A stretch of DNA of 64,000 bases from a virus (lineage: Duplodnaviria > Caudoviricetes): the IMG/VR virus record IMGVR_UViG_3300020037_002148, positions 14,988 to 78,987 of that record. The stretch is one strand, 5' to 3'. The notes below the pieces were generated by a model that was not told the origin of the DNA, made no database searches, and was given only the letters and a program-made list of their open reading frames with translations. A program made the translations under genes and the position numbers. Every line of letters starts with the position of its first letter. Positions within the stretch are counted from its first letter, which is position 1. Positions 39,101 to 48,156 of this stretch are shown piece after piece.

Positions 39101-42100
39101 TAGGTTTACAACATTATTATTATTATCAATGTCTAAATAGAAATAAGTTCCATCACTATGTGTAAATATTTTAACTGATTTATTACCATTAGTGCCTTCT
39201 ACACCAATATTTTGTAACATATAATGAAATCCTTCATTATATCCATCTTTCTTAAAACCTAAATAATATTCATCTATTTCACTTTGAACAATTTTAATTC
39301 TCTCTACTTCTTGATTATATATAGAATATAAGGAATTCAATCCTTTTTCATTAATTTTACCTTTTTCAATAAAATTATTAAAAGGTAATAATACCATTGG
39401 TATAGTAGATGCACTTTCATATTGAGAAGCTATATAATAAGCATATTTTTGTTTACCTACAACTTTTAAATTATATTTATTATAAGCACTATCAGCTAAA
39501 AGACTTAATCTATATAATATTTTAGCAGTAGTATCAGCATTATTATAACTTTTACCATCACTATCAGAAAATAATCCATAATTTTTAGAAGATACATCTA
39601 CATCTTCACTATCTTCATACTCAGTTACATTAGTTTCTTCTTGTCTAATACCTCCAGCATAAGCCATAGTTAAAGTGGTAAATAAAGTATCAATATCTAC
39701 ATTATTAAATAGAGGATTATGATCTAACACTTGTAAAAAATTATCTACTTGATATTCTTCTGTAAAGAAACTATATAAATAATATGTACCATTTTCTTCA
39801 TTATTTAATACTTTATCTTTAAATGTTTTAACATCTTTTGTTTCAAGATATTCTTTAATTAATTGAACATTATCTTTATCTTTTAATATATTTAATCTTC
39901 TTGAAATATCAGAAGGTGGTGTAATATCAAATATTCTTTTACCTTCTTGATTATTAAATGAAGATGGAATTATACTTGTATCAAATAAAGCTGTACTTTC
40001 AGCTACATCCATTAATTTACCAACAGCTCCTAATAAAGGTTCTGCTTTTTGAGTGGCAGGGTCTATATCATTATATATAGTGTTAGTTCCAAAACTAATA
40101 CCTGTAGTTAATGTTTTTTCAATACCATCTAAAAATTCTAAATTAATAGGTTTTATATCACTTGCTGAAAAATTATTATACCAATTTATTTCTTCATTTG
40201 TAAGTAAATTAGTATTTCCTGTTTCAAATACAAAGTTTATTAGATTGTATTTAATAAATTGTTCAGGTAATTCAATACCTAAATCAGAAAATGAACTTTT
40301 GAAAGTATTCACTAAAGCAATTACAGCTTCACTTTTTTCTTGTGATTTAAGTGATTTTGTATTTTCTAATAAATCTACATATTTTTGTAAAATATTATCT
40401 ATATTACTTTTATATAAATTTGCTTTAAAATCAATTTTAGCTTGTTCTAAATTGTCAATTCTTTTAGAATTCCAATTTCTTTCCCATCTACTAAATACTT
40501 GTTTACCAACATTTCTATTATTAGCATTTAACATTCTGGTTACACCTTCTTTAGAAAATAATACATCTTGTAAATAAGTTCTATTTTTTTCAAAATCAGA
40601 AGATATAAAACTAAATGTAGGTGATTTAGTTAATATTTTATAATATAAAGGACTTAATATTTCATATAATTTAGCAAAATCTTCAACATTAATTTCAGGT
40701 AATTCAAAACTATTATTTTTCTTTAATTCACTATAAATATCTTTATACCATTGATGTGTAAATGCTTTAATTTCAGGAGAAGTATTAGAAACAGAATATA
40801 ATAATCCTAAATGTTTATAAGCTGGAGCACCAACTAACATTTTTGTTAAATTAGAATATAAATGATTTCCGTTAATAGCAAAACTATAATTTTTACTTTT
40901 ATCATTAACTATATAATCATCAAATGGTTTTCCAATGCCAAATAAATCAATATTTGTACTCACTGAGGAAATATATTGCTTTACTTTTTTAGATGCTTTA
41001 TCCCAAGCATGATTAATTTCATTTTTACTTTTTTGAACAATTCCTGTATCATTTAATTCATCATCTTCTAAATCATCACTATCATCTAATTGTTCTTGTA
41101 AAATAGAAGATTCATTTACAAGATTATATAAAGGAAGTCTTTCAAAAACTTCTTGAACTACTATTTCTTGATTTTTTAAATTTCCTAAACTTTTATATAC
41201 ATTTAAATATTTTGAAGCTGTCTTATTTGCTAAATCATCATCTTTAATAGAATCAATTAAATCAGCAATAACTTCATTATTAGGGTTAAATCTCTCTCTA
41301 AATAAATCATAAATATCACTAATTTCATCATCAGTAATAATTTTTGATCCTTTATTTTTTAATATTTTAGCAGCTTCATTTGTAATTGTGTTAATGATAG
41401 CTTCAGATATTGAATAACTTAAATATCCTTTTTTATCTATATATTTACCATTAGTTAATTTAAGTTTATATTCTTGTACTAAAAGTTTATTTACATCAAT
41501 AGAATTATTGACATTTCTAATTACAGGAAATTTCTCTTTAGCATTTTTAAATTTACCTTGATAAATATCTGAGAATAATTGTGTTACAGCTCTTTCATTA
41601 GATGTATTATTTTTATCAAATATCCCTTTTAATAAATTCTTTATTCTTTCAAAGATTCTTCTTAACCATGATTGTGTTACAGATTTTTCAGCTTTCATAT
41701 ACTCCATAAAAGCATCTGCCATTTTTTCTTCTAGCCAAAGATTTTTTAATTCTTGTTGAGATAAATTAATTAAATCAGAAGATGATTCTTTTAAGGTTTG
41801 TAATTGTTCTTTAGTTGGTGTGCCATATAAAGATTCAGCACCATTAAGAGTTTTAATAATTCTACCTCTATCAAGCATTAATCTAAATACAGCATGAAAA
41901 GCTTCATGATATTCAAAACCTTTTACAGATTTACCATTTTTAGTAGCAAGATATATAGTTTTTAATTTACCTATAAATCTACCACCTACTTCACCTTTAG
42001 TTTTAAGGTTTCCGAGTATATCAATTAAATCAGTAACTTCAATAGTTCCATTAGGATTATCTTGAGTTTTAATAGGGAGTATTTGAGATAGATTTTTGAT

Positions 42101-45100
42101 TGCAGTATTATACTCAATTAAATCTTGGGTAGATAATTCTAATAATTTATTAGCACCTTCTGTTTCAGCTTCATTTTGAGCATTTGTAACAATTTGTACA
42201 AATTCTTCTAAACTCAATCCTTTTTCACTAATTTTAGATCTACGATAAACTCTTGAAAGTAAATCTTCTTCTTTTGGTAATTGTTCAAAATTAACACCTA
42301 ATTCTTCTAATTTATCTATATTTGGAGTTTGTTTAACTTCTATTTTAGGTTCTAAAGCAGCTAATTCTGCATCATATTTAGCGTTGATTTTATCTATTTC
42401 AGGTTTTAAAAGTTTTGATAACTCTTCTTTAGAATAACCACCTCTTTCTATAATCCTATTAAGTGTTTGACCTCCTCCCCCAATTTCAGGATTGTTTCCA
42501 CTGTCATTAGAGTAAGCTAATTCCATTAACTCTCTTGAAACATATTCATCTACCCCTAAAACTTTTACACTATTTTTAGATGTCTGTTTTTCACTTGTTC
42601 CAAACTTTTTTAAAGCTTCTTGTCTTCTTCTTTTTATATCAGCTTCAATAAGTTGCTTATGAGTTTTGTTTTCAGGATTATCTAATTTTTTACCTTCAAA
42701 ATAAACATTATCACCCTTAACTTCATAATTTGTATTACCTACTTTTCCTTGTGGTAAATCTGCATTTAAGTTTAATTCTATTTCAGATTGAGTAGTAGAT
42801 GTAGGTTGTTCTTCTAATGCTTTTAGTTCTGCAGAAGGAGTAGGAGAACTTTCAACTACTTGTATTATTGTTTTAGCTTCTTCTTGAGCTTCTAATTTAA
42901 CAGTATTTTCATTAAATAAATCTTCCTGTTCTTTATTTTGTATTTGTTCTTTAGCTTTTTGCTGTTGATTTATTTCTTCTTGTTGTTTTTCATTTCTAAG
43001 TCTTATATTTTCTCTAGTAGAAGTAATTTCTTTTACTTGTGTTCTATCAGGTCTTAAATATAAATTATATCCTAACTTCTTTTTAGTTACAAGATTTTCT
43101 AAAGATTGTTGATTATTTTTATTTAATAATACATTAGTATAGAATCCGTTTATTGTAGCATTTACGTTAGTTGCTTTTCTAAGTTTACCTAATACTGAAT
43201 ATTGGCTATCTTTTAAAATTAAAGAAGCAATTTCTTCATTTAATTTATTTTCATTTAAGACTTCATGTCTAAATTTTTTAATTTCTTCAATTTTTTGACC
43301 TAAAGTAATTTCTCCTTTTTCAAATCTTTTATTAATTGGGTCTAATTCTTCTTTACCTTTAGCAAAAGATTTAAAGAAGTTTTGACCATCAAAATAAATT
43401 GAAGAAGCTATAGTAGTTTTCTTCCCATTAATCTCTAATTCAAATGATAATTGCCCTATTTTATCAGAATAAGTAGATATGAAAGGAGTTACTTTAACTT
43501 TTTCTGTTTTATTTAATCCTGTTACAGATAAGAATAAATCAAAATTTTTAATATCTTCTTTAGGGTCTAATTCTTTTTTAGTTTTATCTTTATATTCTTC
43601 ATAATAAGAACTCAAACCTTCACTCATAATTTGAAGTGCTGGTAATAATGCTTTTTCATTATTTAAAAAGTTAACTATAAATTCTTCATTATTATCTAAT
43701 CCTTTTAATTTAGAAATAGTTTCATTTGAAGTGAAAATAGGTTGAATATATCCATTAGAATTAAATACTAATAAAGAAAATAAACTCCCTTTAGTGCTTA
43801 TAGCGTTTTCTTTTTTATATGATACTAAATTTTGGATAGCTTTTCTTTCTTCACTATTTTCTTTATCATCTCTATCTCTCCATAATACAGTACCATCTTC
43901 ATTTCTTTCTAATTTACCATTAATAATATTTACAAAATATAATTTTGAAAATCCCTGACCATCTCCAGTAGATTTACCAAAAATAACTATATTTTTATCT
44001 TCACCATTTACTTTAATAGTTTTAGTAGCAGCTTTAGTTAATACATTATCTGGATCATCAAGAGTGTCTTCTATTCTAGTTTCTATTATATTTCCATCTT
44101 TATCTTTATTATCAGTAAAATTCATCTCTATTTGAGATGAAAAAGAATTAAGATTAATCTGACCATTTGTTAAATTATTAAAATCTTCAAATGATATATC
44201 ACCTCTTTGAGTGATAGTATTCAATTTATTAGAAAAACTATTTAATTCTGTTAAATATTGACCTAACACTTTTCTATCTTCAATAGTAGAAATTAAATCT
44301 GAAGGAAATAACATTCCTAATACAATCTCTAAATAACCATCTTCTTTTAATTTACTAAAATCAATTGGACTCCATTTATCATTTATTTTAAGATAAATTT
44401 GATTTGGCATTTGGAATCCACCAATAAGTTCTCCATCTACTTTCATTTGAAAGTTAAATGGTTTATTATTACCTCTTACACCACTTAATGAAATTACATT
44501 TTGATTATCTTTTTCTTTTAAATCTGCTACAGCTTGTTCAATAGATTTAGGATTTTCTAAATCTGTTAAAGTAAAAGTAATTCTTTTTCTAAGATCTTTT
44601 TCATTTGGATTATTAGCAATTGAAGCTAGTTTATTTTCTTGTTGTTCATTATTAAATAAACTAAATAATTCATTTATATTAGAGAAATATGGTTTTTTAC
44701 CATCTTCTTTCTTTTGTTTTTCAGCTTCTTTTTTAGTTTGTTGTAATTCTATAATTCTTTCTTTTGCTTTAGCAATTAAAGTATTCACATTAACTTTCAA
44801 TGTATCATTAACAGTTTCTTTATATTGTTTTAAATGAGCTACTAAAGCATCAAGTGTATCTAAATCATCTTCTTGATTGATTATTGTACTTACTTTTGAA
44901 ATATATTCTTTCTGAGCTTTTACTTGCTCACTATCATCTTCTTTAACTTGTAAATCAACATTATTTTCAATTTCTTTTTCTGTATCTTTATCTATTTCAA
45001 GTCCTTGATTATGTAAAAATGTTTTAGCTTTTTCTTTTAAAAATTTTATTGTAGCAGCTCTTTCATTTCTTTTAACTTCTTTATCGAATTTCTCTCTACC

Positions 45101-47554
45101 ATTTTTAGTATTGAGATGATTATAAACAGCAATTAAATCTTTTCTTTTTCTTTGAATATTAGCTAAATCATCAATAGATTGTTTAATTGTATCTTTATCA
45201 AAGATATTTTCACTCAAATGATTTTCAATATCTTTCTGTAATTGATTTAATTCTTTATGAGCTTGTAAAAAATTATCTACATTTTCAAAATTATTGTCTA
45301 TTTTAAATCCTAATTTTGATAATTTATTTTTTGAGTTATTTATTTCATCTAATTTAGATTGAATTGAAGATTTTAATTCTTTAAGTTTATTTTTAGATTT
45401 ATCTCTTAAATCTATTAGGCTTTCTTGATCTGATATAGAAATACCATCTATATCTTCAAGCATTTTTAATTCTTTATTATAATTTTTAATTTCTTTAGCT
45501 AATTCTTTAGTAATTAAACTATTTTGAGTACTATTAAAATTAAGTAATTCTTTTAACTTATCACTATTTACAGAATCATTTTTACTTTTAGATAATTTAT
45601 CATTAATTAAACCAACTAAACTATCTTCTCTACTATCTAAATCATTAGTAGTGTACATTAAATGATGAATAGCTTCGTTAAATAACCTAGCATCTTTATC
45701 ATTAAAATTTCTAACAGGAGCTACTTTAGATGCTAATTCTTTAGTAGATTGAAAGTTATCTACTTTTTTATTAAATTGTTCAATAACTTTATTTTTTCTT
45801 TCAGTGAGTTCATCATTACTTAATGCTTTTTCATTTGCATCTAATTTATCATAACCAAATTGTTTAGCAAAATCAGCATTATCCATGTCTTTAATCATTG
45901 CTGCATATTGCTCTTTAGATTCATTTAATAACCCTACATTATCTCTACTTTTAACAAATGAAAACATAGCATCACTTTCATGATTCTTAGCTTCAAAAAA
46001 ATCTCCATTTTCAAGAGCTTCATCTCTTAATCTATTAGATGTAAGTATTGTAGAATTACTTTGTATTTGATTTTGTACATTATTAATATTAACTTTACTT
46101 GCTTGTTTAATAGCTGATTTAATAGCTTGTTTTTCAGCACTTTGTTCTTCAAAAGCTTCAAATACACCACCTTCAAATGAAGCTATAACTTTATTACCAA
46201 AACCTTTTACATTTTTAGTTTTACCAGTAGCAATACCCATTCCAGGTATTCCTAAAGCACCTATAATAAATCCAATTCCTGCGTCTTCACTACCATAAGT
46301 ATCTTTGAAGTTTTTACCAAAGGATTCTATTAAATTAAAACTATCATTATAAGCTGTAGCATCAAATTTCTTTTTAATGTAATCTTGACCAATAGCTTGA
46401 AACTCTCCTTGAAGAGCTTCTTCATTCATTTCTGTTAAAGGATTCTTTAATATTTTTGCTGTTGTATAAAGAGCTTTTCTTGTTTTAGAAGCAGTTTCAT
46501 AAGCAGCTTCTAAACCTCCTCTTAAAGCATAATCTTTAGCTAAATCTTTAGCTTCTGTATCTACAGCACCTTTACCAAATAATTTTAAATCAGTAGAAAG
46601 ACCTTTACCGAATATATTTTTAAATTGAATAAAGTTGCCAACTGATAATAATGCCATATTAGCACCAAATATTAAATTAGCAGTTTTTTTAATTTCTCCA
46701 TCAGCCATTGCTAAAGCATTAGCATCAGGTTCTACACCATATTGTTGTTTATATTGTTCTGCATAATTTTTTCTAGCAGTATCAAGAAAGTTTCTTGCTT
46801 CTACACCAGCTTCATAACCAGCACCTACAGCAGCAGATTTTACTATATCTTTACCAAGTGCTTTTAATTCAGCAGAACTTGCTTCTTTGCCAAAAAGAGA
46901 AAATATTTTTTTAGCTCTACTCATTAAAGAAGCAGTTTCAGCAGCTTGTACAACTCCTCCAGCTCCAAAAGTAGCACCAGTTAAAGCAGATAAAGCCATT
47001 TCAGATAATACAGCACCTACAGAGAAAGACATTCCTCCAAGTACACCATCTCCCCAGAATTGAGCATTATTTAATTTAGAGAAAAATCCTTCTTGTTCTT
47101 GAGCTTTTGTAGCATAAATAGGTAGTGCACTATCTAAATCTTTAGATTGTTTATCCATCCATCTATGAAAATCATTATCATATAATTTAGTCATATCACC
47201 ATTTATGATAGCATTTGGAATAGAAACTAATCCTCCTATAATAGTATCACCAACAGTAATTGCTGTTTTACCTGCAAATTTAATTAATGCATTTGCAGTA
47301 GCATCTAAATTAGTTTGTTGTAAAGCTCTTTGATCTTGAGAATATTGAAAATTTGTAGTACTTGGCATTAATTCTCTATTACTAAAGCTTTCAAAATCAT
47401 CTTTAGTCATAGGAATACTTGTCTGATTTGGTACTTGTACTTTATCAGAAGCATATTCTTCATTTTTAGAAGGTTTAATGATTAAACCTGTATTTGGATC
47501 AACACCTTGTACTGTTGATATTTCTTTTAGTATGTTGTCTAAAAAACCTGGCAT
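33179..47554 (-). CDS. giant virion DNA-dependent RNA polymerase (crAss/phi14:2 gp66-like), polyvalent
   Basis: Catalytic SGADFDID (37145-37159) preceded by RIPTEDKHSM; zincin HEAFH (41894-41908) plus EEKMAD; SLOG-like domain at about 35390-35890; 4791 aa. Confidence 0.9.
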   Translation of the reverse strand: MPGFLDNILKEISTVQGVDPNTGLIIKPSKNEEYASDKVQVPNQTSIPMTKDDFESFSNRELMPSTTNFQYSQDQRALQQTNLDATANALIKFAGKTAITVGDTIIGGLVSIPNAIINGDMTKLYDNDFHRWMDKQSKDLDSALPIYATKAQEQEGFFSKLNNAQFWGDGVLGGMSFSVGAVLSEMALSALTGATFGAGGVVQAAETASLMSRAKKIFSLFGKEASSAELKALGKDIVKSAAVGAGYEAGVEARNFLDTARKNYAEQYKQQYGVEPDANALAMADGEIKKTANLIFGANMALLSVGNFIQFKNIFGKGLSTDLKLFGKGAVDTEAKDLAKDYALRGGLEAAYETASKTRKALYTTAKILKNPLTEMNEEALQGEFQAIGQDYIKKKFDATAYNDSFNLIESFGKNFKDTYGSEDAGIGFIIGALGIPGMGIATGKTKNVKGFGNKVIASFEGGVFEAFEEQSAEKQAIKSAIKQASKVNINNVQNQIQSNSTILTSNRLRDEALENGDFFEAKNHESDAMFSFVKSRDNVGLLNESKEQYAAMIKDMDNADFAKQFGYDKLDANEKALSNDELTERKNKVIEQFNKKVDNFQSTKELASKVAPVRNFNDKDARLFNEAIHHLMYTTNDLDSREDSLVGLINDKLSKSKNDSVNSDKLKELLNFNSTQNSLITKELAKEIKNYNKELKMLEDIDGISISDQESLIDLRDKSKNKLKELKSSIQSKLDEINNSKNKLSKLGFKIDNNFENVDNFLQAHKELNQLQKDIENHLSENIFDKDTIKQSIDDLANIQRKRKDLIAVYNHLNTKNGREKFDKEVKRNERAATIKFLKEKAKTFLHNQGLEIDKDTEKEIENNVDLQVKEDDSEQVKAQKEYISKVSTIINQEDDLDTLDALVAHLKQYKETVNDTLKVNVNTLIAKAKERIIELQQTKKEAEKQKKEDGKKPYFSNINELFSLFNNEQQENKLASIANNPNEKDLRKRITFTLTDLENPKSIEQAVADLKEKDNQNVISLSGVRGNNKPFNFQMKVDGELIGGFQMPNQIYLKINDKWSPIDFSKLKEDGYLEIVLGMLFPSDLISTIEDRKVLGQYLTELNSFSNKLNTITQRGDISFEDFNNLTNGQINLNSFSSQIEMNFTDNKDKDGNIIETRIEDTLDDPDNVLTKAATKTIKVNGEDKNIVIFGKSTGDGQGFSKLYFVNIINGKLERNEDGTVLWRDRDDKENSEERKAIQNLVSYKKENAISTKGSLFSLLVFNSNGYIQPIFTSNETISKLKGLDNNEEFIVNFLNNEKALLPALQIMSEGLSSYYEEYKDKTKKELDPKEDIKNFDLFLSVTGLNKTEKVKVTPFISTYSDKIGQLSFELEINGKKTTIASSIYFDGQNFFKSFAKGKEELDPINKRFEKGEITLGQKIEEIKKFRHEVLNENKLNEEIASLILKDSQYSVLGKLRKATNVNATINGFYTNVLLNKNNQQSLENLVTKKKLGYNLYLRPDRTQVKEITSTRENIRLRNEKQQEEINQQQKAKEQIQNKEQEDLFNENTVKLEAQEEAKTIIQVVESSPTPSAELKALEEQPTSTTQSEIELNLNADLPQGKVGNTNYEVKGDNVYFEGKKLDNPENKTHKQLIEADIKRRRQEALKKFGTSEKQTSKNSVKVLGVDEYVSRELMELAYSNDSGNNPEIGGGGQTLNRIIERGGYSKEELSKLLKPEIDKINAKYDAELAALEPKIEVKQTPNIDKLEELGVNFEQLPKEEDLLSRVYRRSKISEKGLSLEEFVQIVTNAQNEAETEGANKLLELSTQDLIEYNTAIKNLSQILPIKTQDNPNGTIEVTDLIDILGNLKTKGEVGGRFIGKLKTIYLATKNGKSVKGFEYHEAFHAVFRLMLDRGRIIKTLNGAESLYGTPTKEQLQTLKESSSDLINLSQQELKNLWLEEKMADAFMEYMKAEKSVTQSWLRRIFERIKNLLKGIFDKNNTSNERAVTQLFSDIYQGKFKNAKEKFPVIRNVNNSIDVNKLLVQEYKLKLTNGKYIDKKGYLSYSISEAIINTITNEAAKILKNKGSKIITDDEISDIYDLFRERFNPNNEVIADLIDSIKDDDLANKTASKYLNVYKSLGNLKNQEIVVQEVFERLPLYNLVNESSILQEQLDDSDDLEDDELNDTGIVQKSKNEINHAWDKASKKVKQYISSVSTNIDLFGIGKPFDDYIVNDKSKNYSFAINGNHLYSNLTKMLVGAPAYKHLGLLYSVSNTSPEIKAFTHQWYKDIYSELKKNNSFELPEINVEDFAKLYEILSPLYYKILTKSPTFSFISSDFEKNRTYLQDVLFSKEGVTRMLNANNRNVGKQVFSRWERNWNSKRIDNLEQAKIDFKANLYKSNIDNILQKYVDLLENTKSLKSQEKSEAVIALVNTFKSSFSDLGIELPEQFIKYNLINFVFETGNTNLLTNEEINWYNNFSASDIKPINLEFLDGIEKTLTTGISFGTNTIYNDIDPATQKAEPLLGAVGKLMDVAESTALFDTSIIPSSFNNQEGKRIFDITPPSDISRRLNILKDKDNVQLIKEYLETKDVKTFKDKVLNNEENGTYYLYSFFTEEYQVDNFLQVLDHNPLFNNVDIDTLFTTLTMAYAGGIRQEETNVTEYEDSEDVDVSSKNYGLFSDSDGKSYNNADTTAKILYRLSLLADSAYNKYNLKVVGKQKYAYYIASQYESASTIPMVLLPFNNFIEKGKINEKGLNSLYSIYNQEVERIKIVQSEIDEYYLGFKKDGYNEGFHYMLQNIGVEGTNGNKSVKIFTHSDGTYFYLDIDNNNNVVNLSKEELYYNEKQEDGSTIKKEINLNSLIPKGLKLFNFANKNTKLNEKDLSEEEIKQRLSNFIDFQVDEYIKLLEDKGLLKEGEVNLLPKSFISGNQLDKNALKNAFLNDYLMSYGINSLMYGDNATSSKNANDFVKRAKGMIGSGSNYGSGVTNIIPIRSEVVNKIDTTDAQTFNTPFHHLSVILNSKSIDNRIKEIYQGIDSGLNYYINSEGELQKITKEDYDYLYDNNAQHQPNKTQGFGLDWYLKTSISPILRETTSRLKNYSKENLKEALLIHKELFDLKLQASPSDNAYITYLTKKYQNLFEAIPGKEYKHNLLNELELNNAIAVYDSAWKRSKYNIHEISNGQPFLYKNENGKKVISSISVPNASLIDQQKTDGVKKQITHPTQFLRLISTEQINETLIYFKNKEINIGTALNVYEKQLAERTDKGFKALKKEMLDENGDAEWDLLLKSFIDSIEKSSADPQQLELFQQGNSSKPKYNLNNPAIETKFQSMFLSFVSGGTLKQKVAGSKLSLMSSVGSELEREIDNEGNVIKTFTTRQSKGDNRPRGANIVSQRLRHDVYDKEKHEYYSEIVVSERFLKKFGFTADQFHKGEIPQEFLYISGVRIPTEDKHSMINCKIVDILPDSYGNAIMLPNEIVELSGADFDIDALYVRVNQTYTNVLNKKTGIYGSYLFQSTLEEAKEQAYNEYLSDAYDNKKISSTFNDLKTNSKELIELTREKTIAENSLRKVKEIPNVFTREQLVKPATSELLGIIDEIKSLELTLLEQSFIINKIIFNKGEWTYKNKDVIESNYIAYQSGNIDSIEPLTKGETNNMLLELERKLINNDGNNKITNTPTSLKLFKDLIETLEGEGLINKDLGYGVHDMLSKTLADISISTGAANIGPVALFNNLFGILFKNKVTIERKVGEKINLEPFVNYSRDENNKLVDEKDAQRVQDSIATLLAAMTDNAKEQMANLFNLTTETLPVALAMIGVGHNFNNVMLLMKSPIVKKISELSQSYNKTIQSKQDYDDSKGNRELQKKVESIFQLEGESEFEGDLNYQTLLDSLKNKEVIKEEFSKGITFLEEQSTGYKQRTIKNASADATIAIAVDFTSAGERLTKSSVEGQSKKYIPIDIKDSLEVTPEIVDNIVEQLNETKAKTLNIAGNGIYTMKGKYTQEQLDDYVYELLQAVLSSPDLENPIERIRTGGQTGLDEAGAKAGFKLNLPTLILAPKGWTFRNESGQDISNEQQFKERFGDYQEQKDLFSQEEKPVSNQKAILKRISNEYFHYKKASTVFSNLQNLLQLIKGFKSTFAESEKFITALNNLGWSVSENGLDIVKNDKPTDKFYKNYKDTTKIIGNGVGDIFEKDKFLKQSIKTALALTKLSEKYFISQTPTAKKTREDILTLFKDYKAGNVDFQSNLRKHYLSYLTVMAYAESVKNTDDKLPKIEEFLLTPLEEIAKDNTKENNELQTNFLQIIEYNYKNGIKNDFLEFLEIKNIDYLKKQANKNTLFGYRFHGFGANSRALKNPDIISSIISSFNDLYFAENNNILERDPEIRRINTLKTKFAKDMFKYLVVKDGLMFQNQSFIKAIDPILFTETSNALDKVQELFSKMSSSKEYIETFGMSKEELNLDFIIKFGLNQNNYFDLKSQKIDVLRKVIDEKWIKDNKIESEDFVNDNESDTNEKEELVLEDNYPIFFDSKNNTLVVNQFARITKGMKPEQKSQIKKENKKFILRDEIVIFKKIAKTYKSGDKIIPYSKIGFPIITYLSGKNSARIPLKLTAVQDSIQVDGSWINFQISPEGKVLELSNSSKESLKGDIYYGDLFNNTIYEIINNDAKLKTYKNGRERLVNIAKAIANQFENGYIEGTKALYNQHIILGSGEISSLTNSIKDQLDMVLSPEQTEKVKMNMFNKTKEKAKDETEVRLNFINLINQYSAITKVTLEGTKNRTIEELERVANNFMVKAGKSKQEIEDKTKKCYSLKS

Positions 47555-47586
47555 ATTTTTATTTTAAATTAAGGTATAAATATAAT

Positions 47587-47612
47587 AAAGGTATCATTTT
47601 CAGATACCTTTT
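47587..47612 (-). terminator. putative hairpin/terminator upstream of the RNAP gene
   Basis: AAAGGTATC / GATACCTTT perfect 9-bp stem in the intergenic gap. Confidence 0.4.
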
Positions 47613-47658
47613 TAATTGTTTTAAATAATGATTTTGATTACATCAAATTAATTTTTAA

Positions 47659-48150
47659 TTATTTAATATAATATTCTACAGTTGCATTTTTATTTGAAGG
47701 GTATTTTAAATCTAATTGTTGTTGAGCATAAGAAGCATTCCCATTACTTTCTTTTAATTTTTGTAAATAAAATTCTGTTTGAGGACCTCCTCTAAAATGT
47801 ACAAGTTTTTCAATCATTGATTTTTGTGAAGGATCTACTTTATATTTAGTTATAATATTTTTAGCTTCACTTTCTAATACATTTGGAGCATACCATTCAT
47901 TATAAAAACTATCTTGTAAAACATGATTTTTTAAAAATTGTTGAGGTGTTAAATTGGGATTTCCTGAAAAACTTTTTATTTTATTCCCCCATTCACTCCA
48001 GATAAATTGATATTTTCCATAAGCATTACCATTCACAGCACCATAACCATTATCAGGTTGCCCTTTACTTTCTAAATTAACAATGTCTTTATCTCTTTGT
48101 TTACCCTCAGAAGTTATTGAAATCTGATTATTGACTGCTGAGGGTTGGTA
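47659..48150 (-). CDS. lysozyme-like (muramidase/transglycosylase) domain, probably a -1 frameshift extension of 48114-50966
   Basis: Frame is open upstream of the GTG 48036 and reads IVNLESKG...YGAVN..AYGKYQF. The putative catalytic Glu lies upstream of any ATG/GTG/TTG start. Confidence 0.7.
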   Translation of the reverse strand, partial: YQPSAVNNQISITSEGKQRDKDIVNLESKGQPDNGYGAVNGNAYGKYQFIWSEWGNKIKSFSGNPNLTPQQFLKNHVLQDSFYNEWYAPNVLESEAKNIITKYKVDPSQKSMIEKLVHFRGGPQTEFYLQKLKESNGNASYAQQQLDLKYPSNKNATVEYYIK

Positions 48151-48156
48151 AAATTT
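48103..48156 (-). promoter_or_regulatory. candidate -1 programmed ribosomal frameshift signal
   Basis: In-frame slippery heptamer A AAT TTT (48156-48150); 4-nt spacer; stem ACCCTCAG (48145-48138) / CTGAGGGT (48110-48103). Confidence 0.65.
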
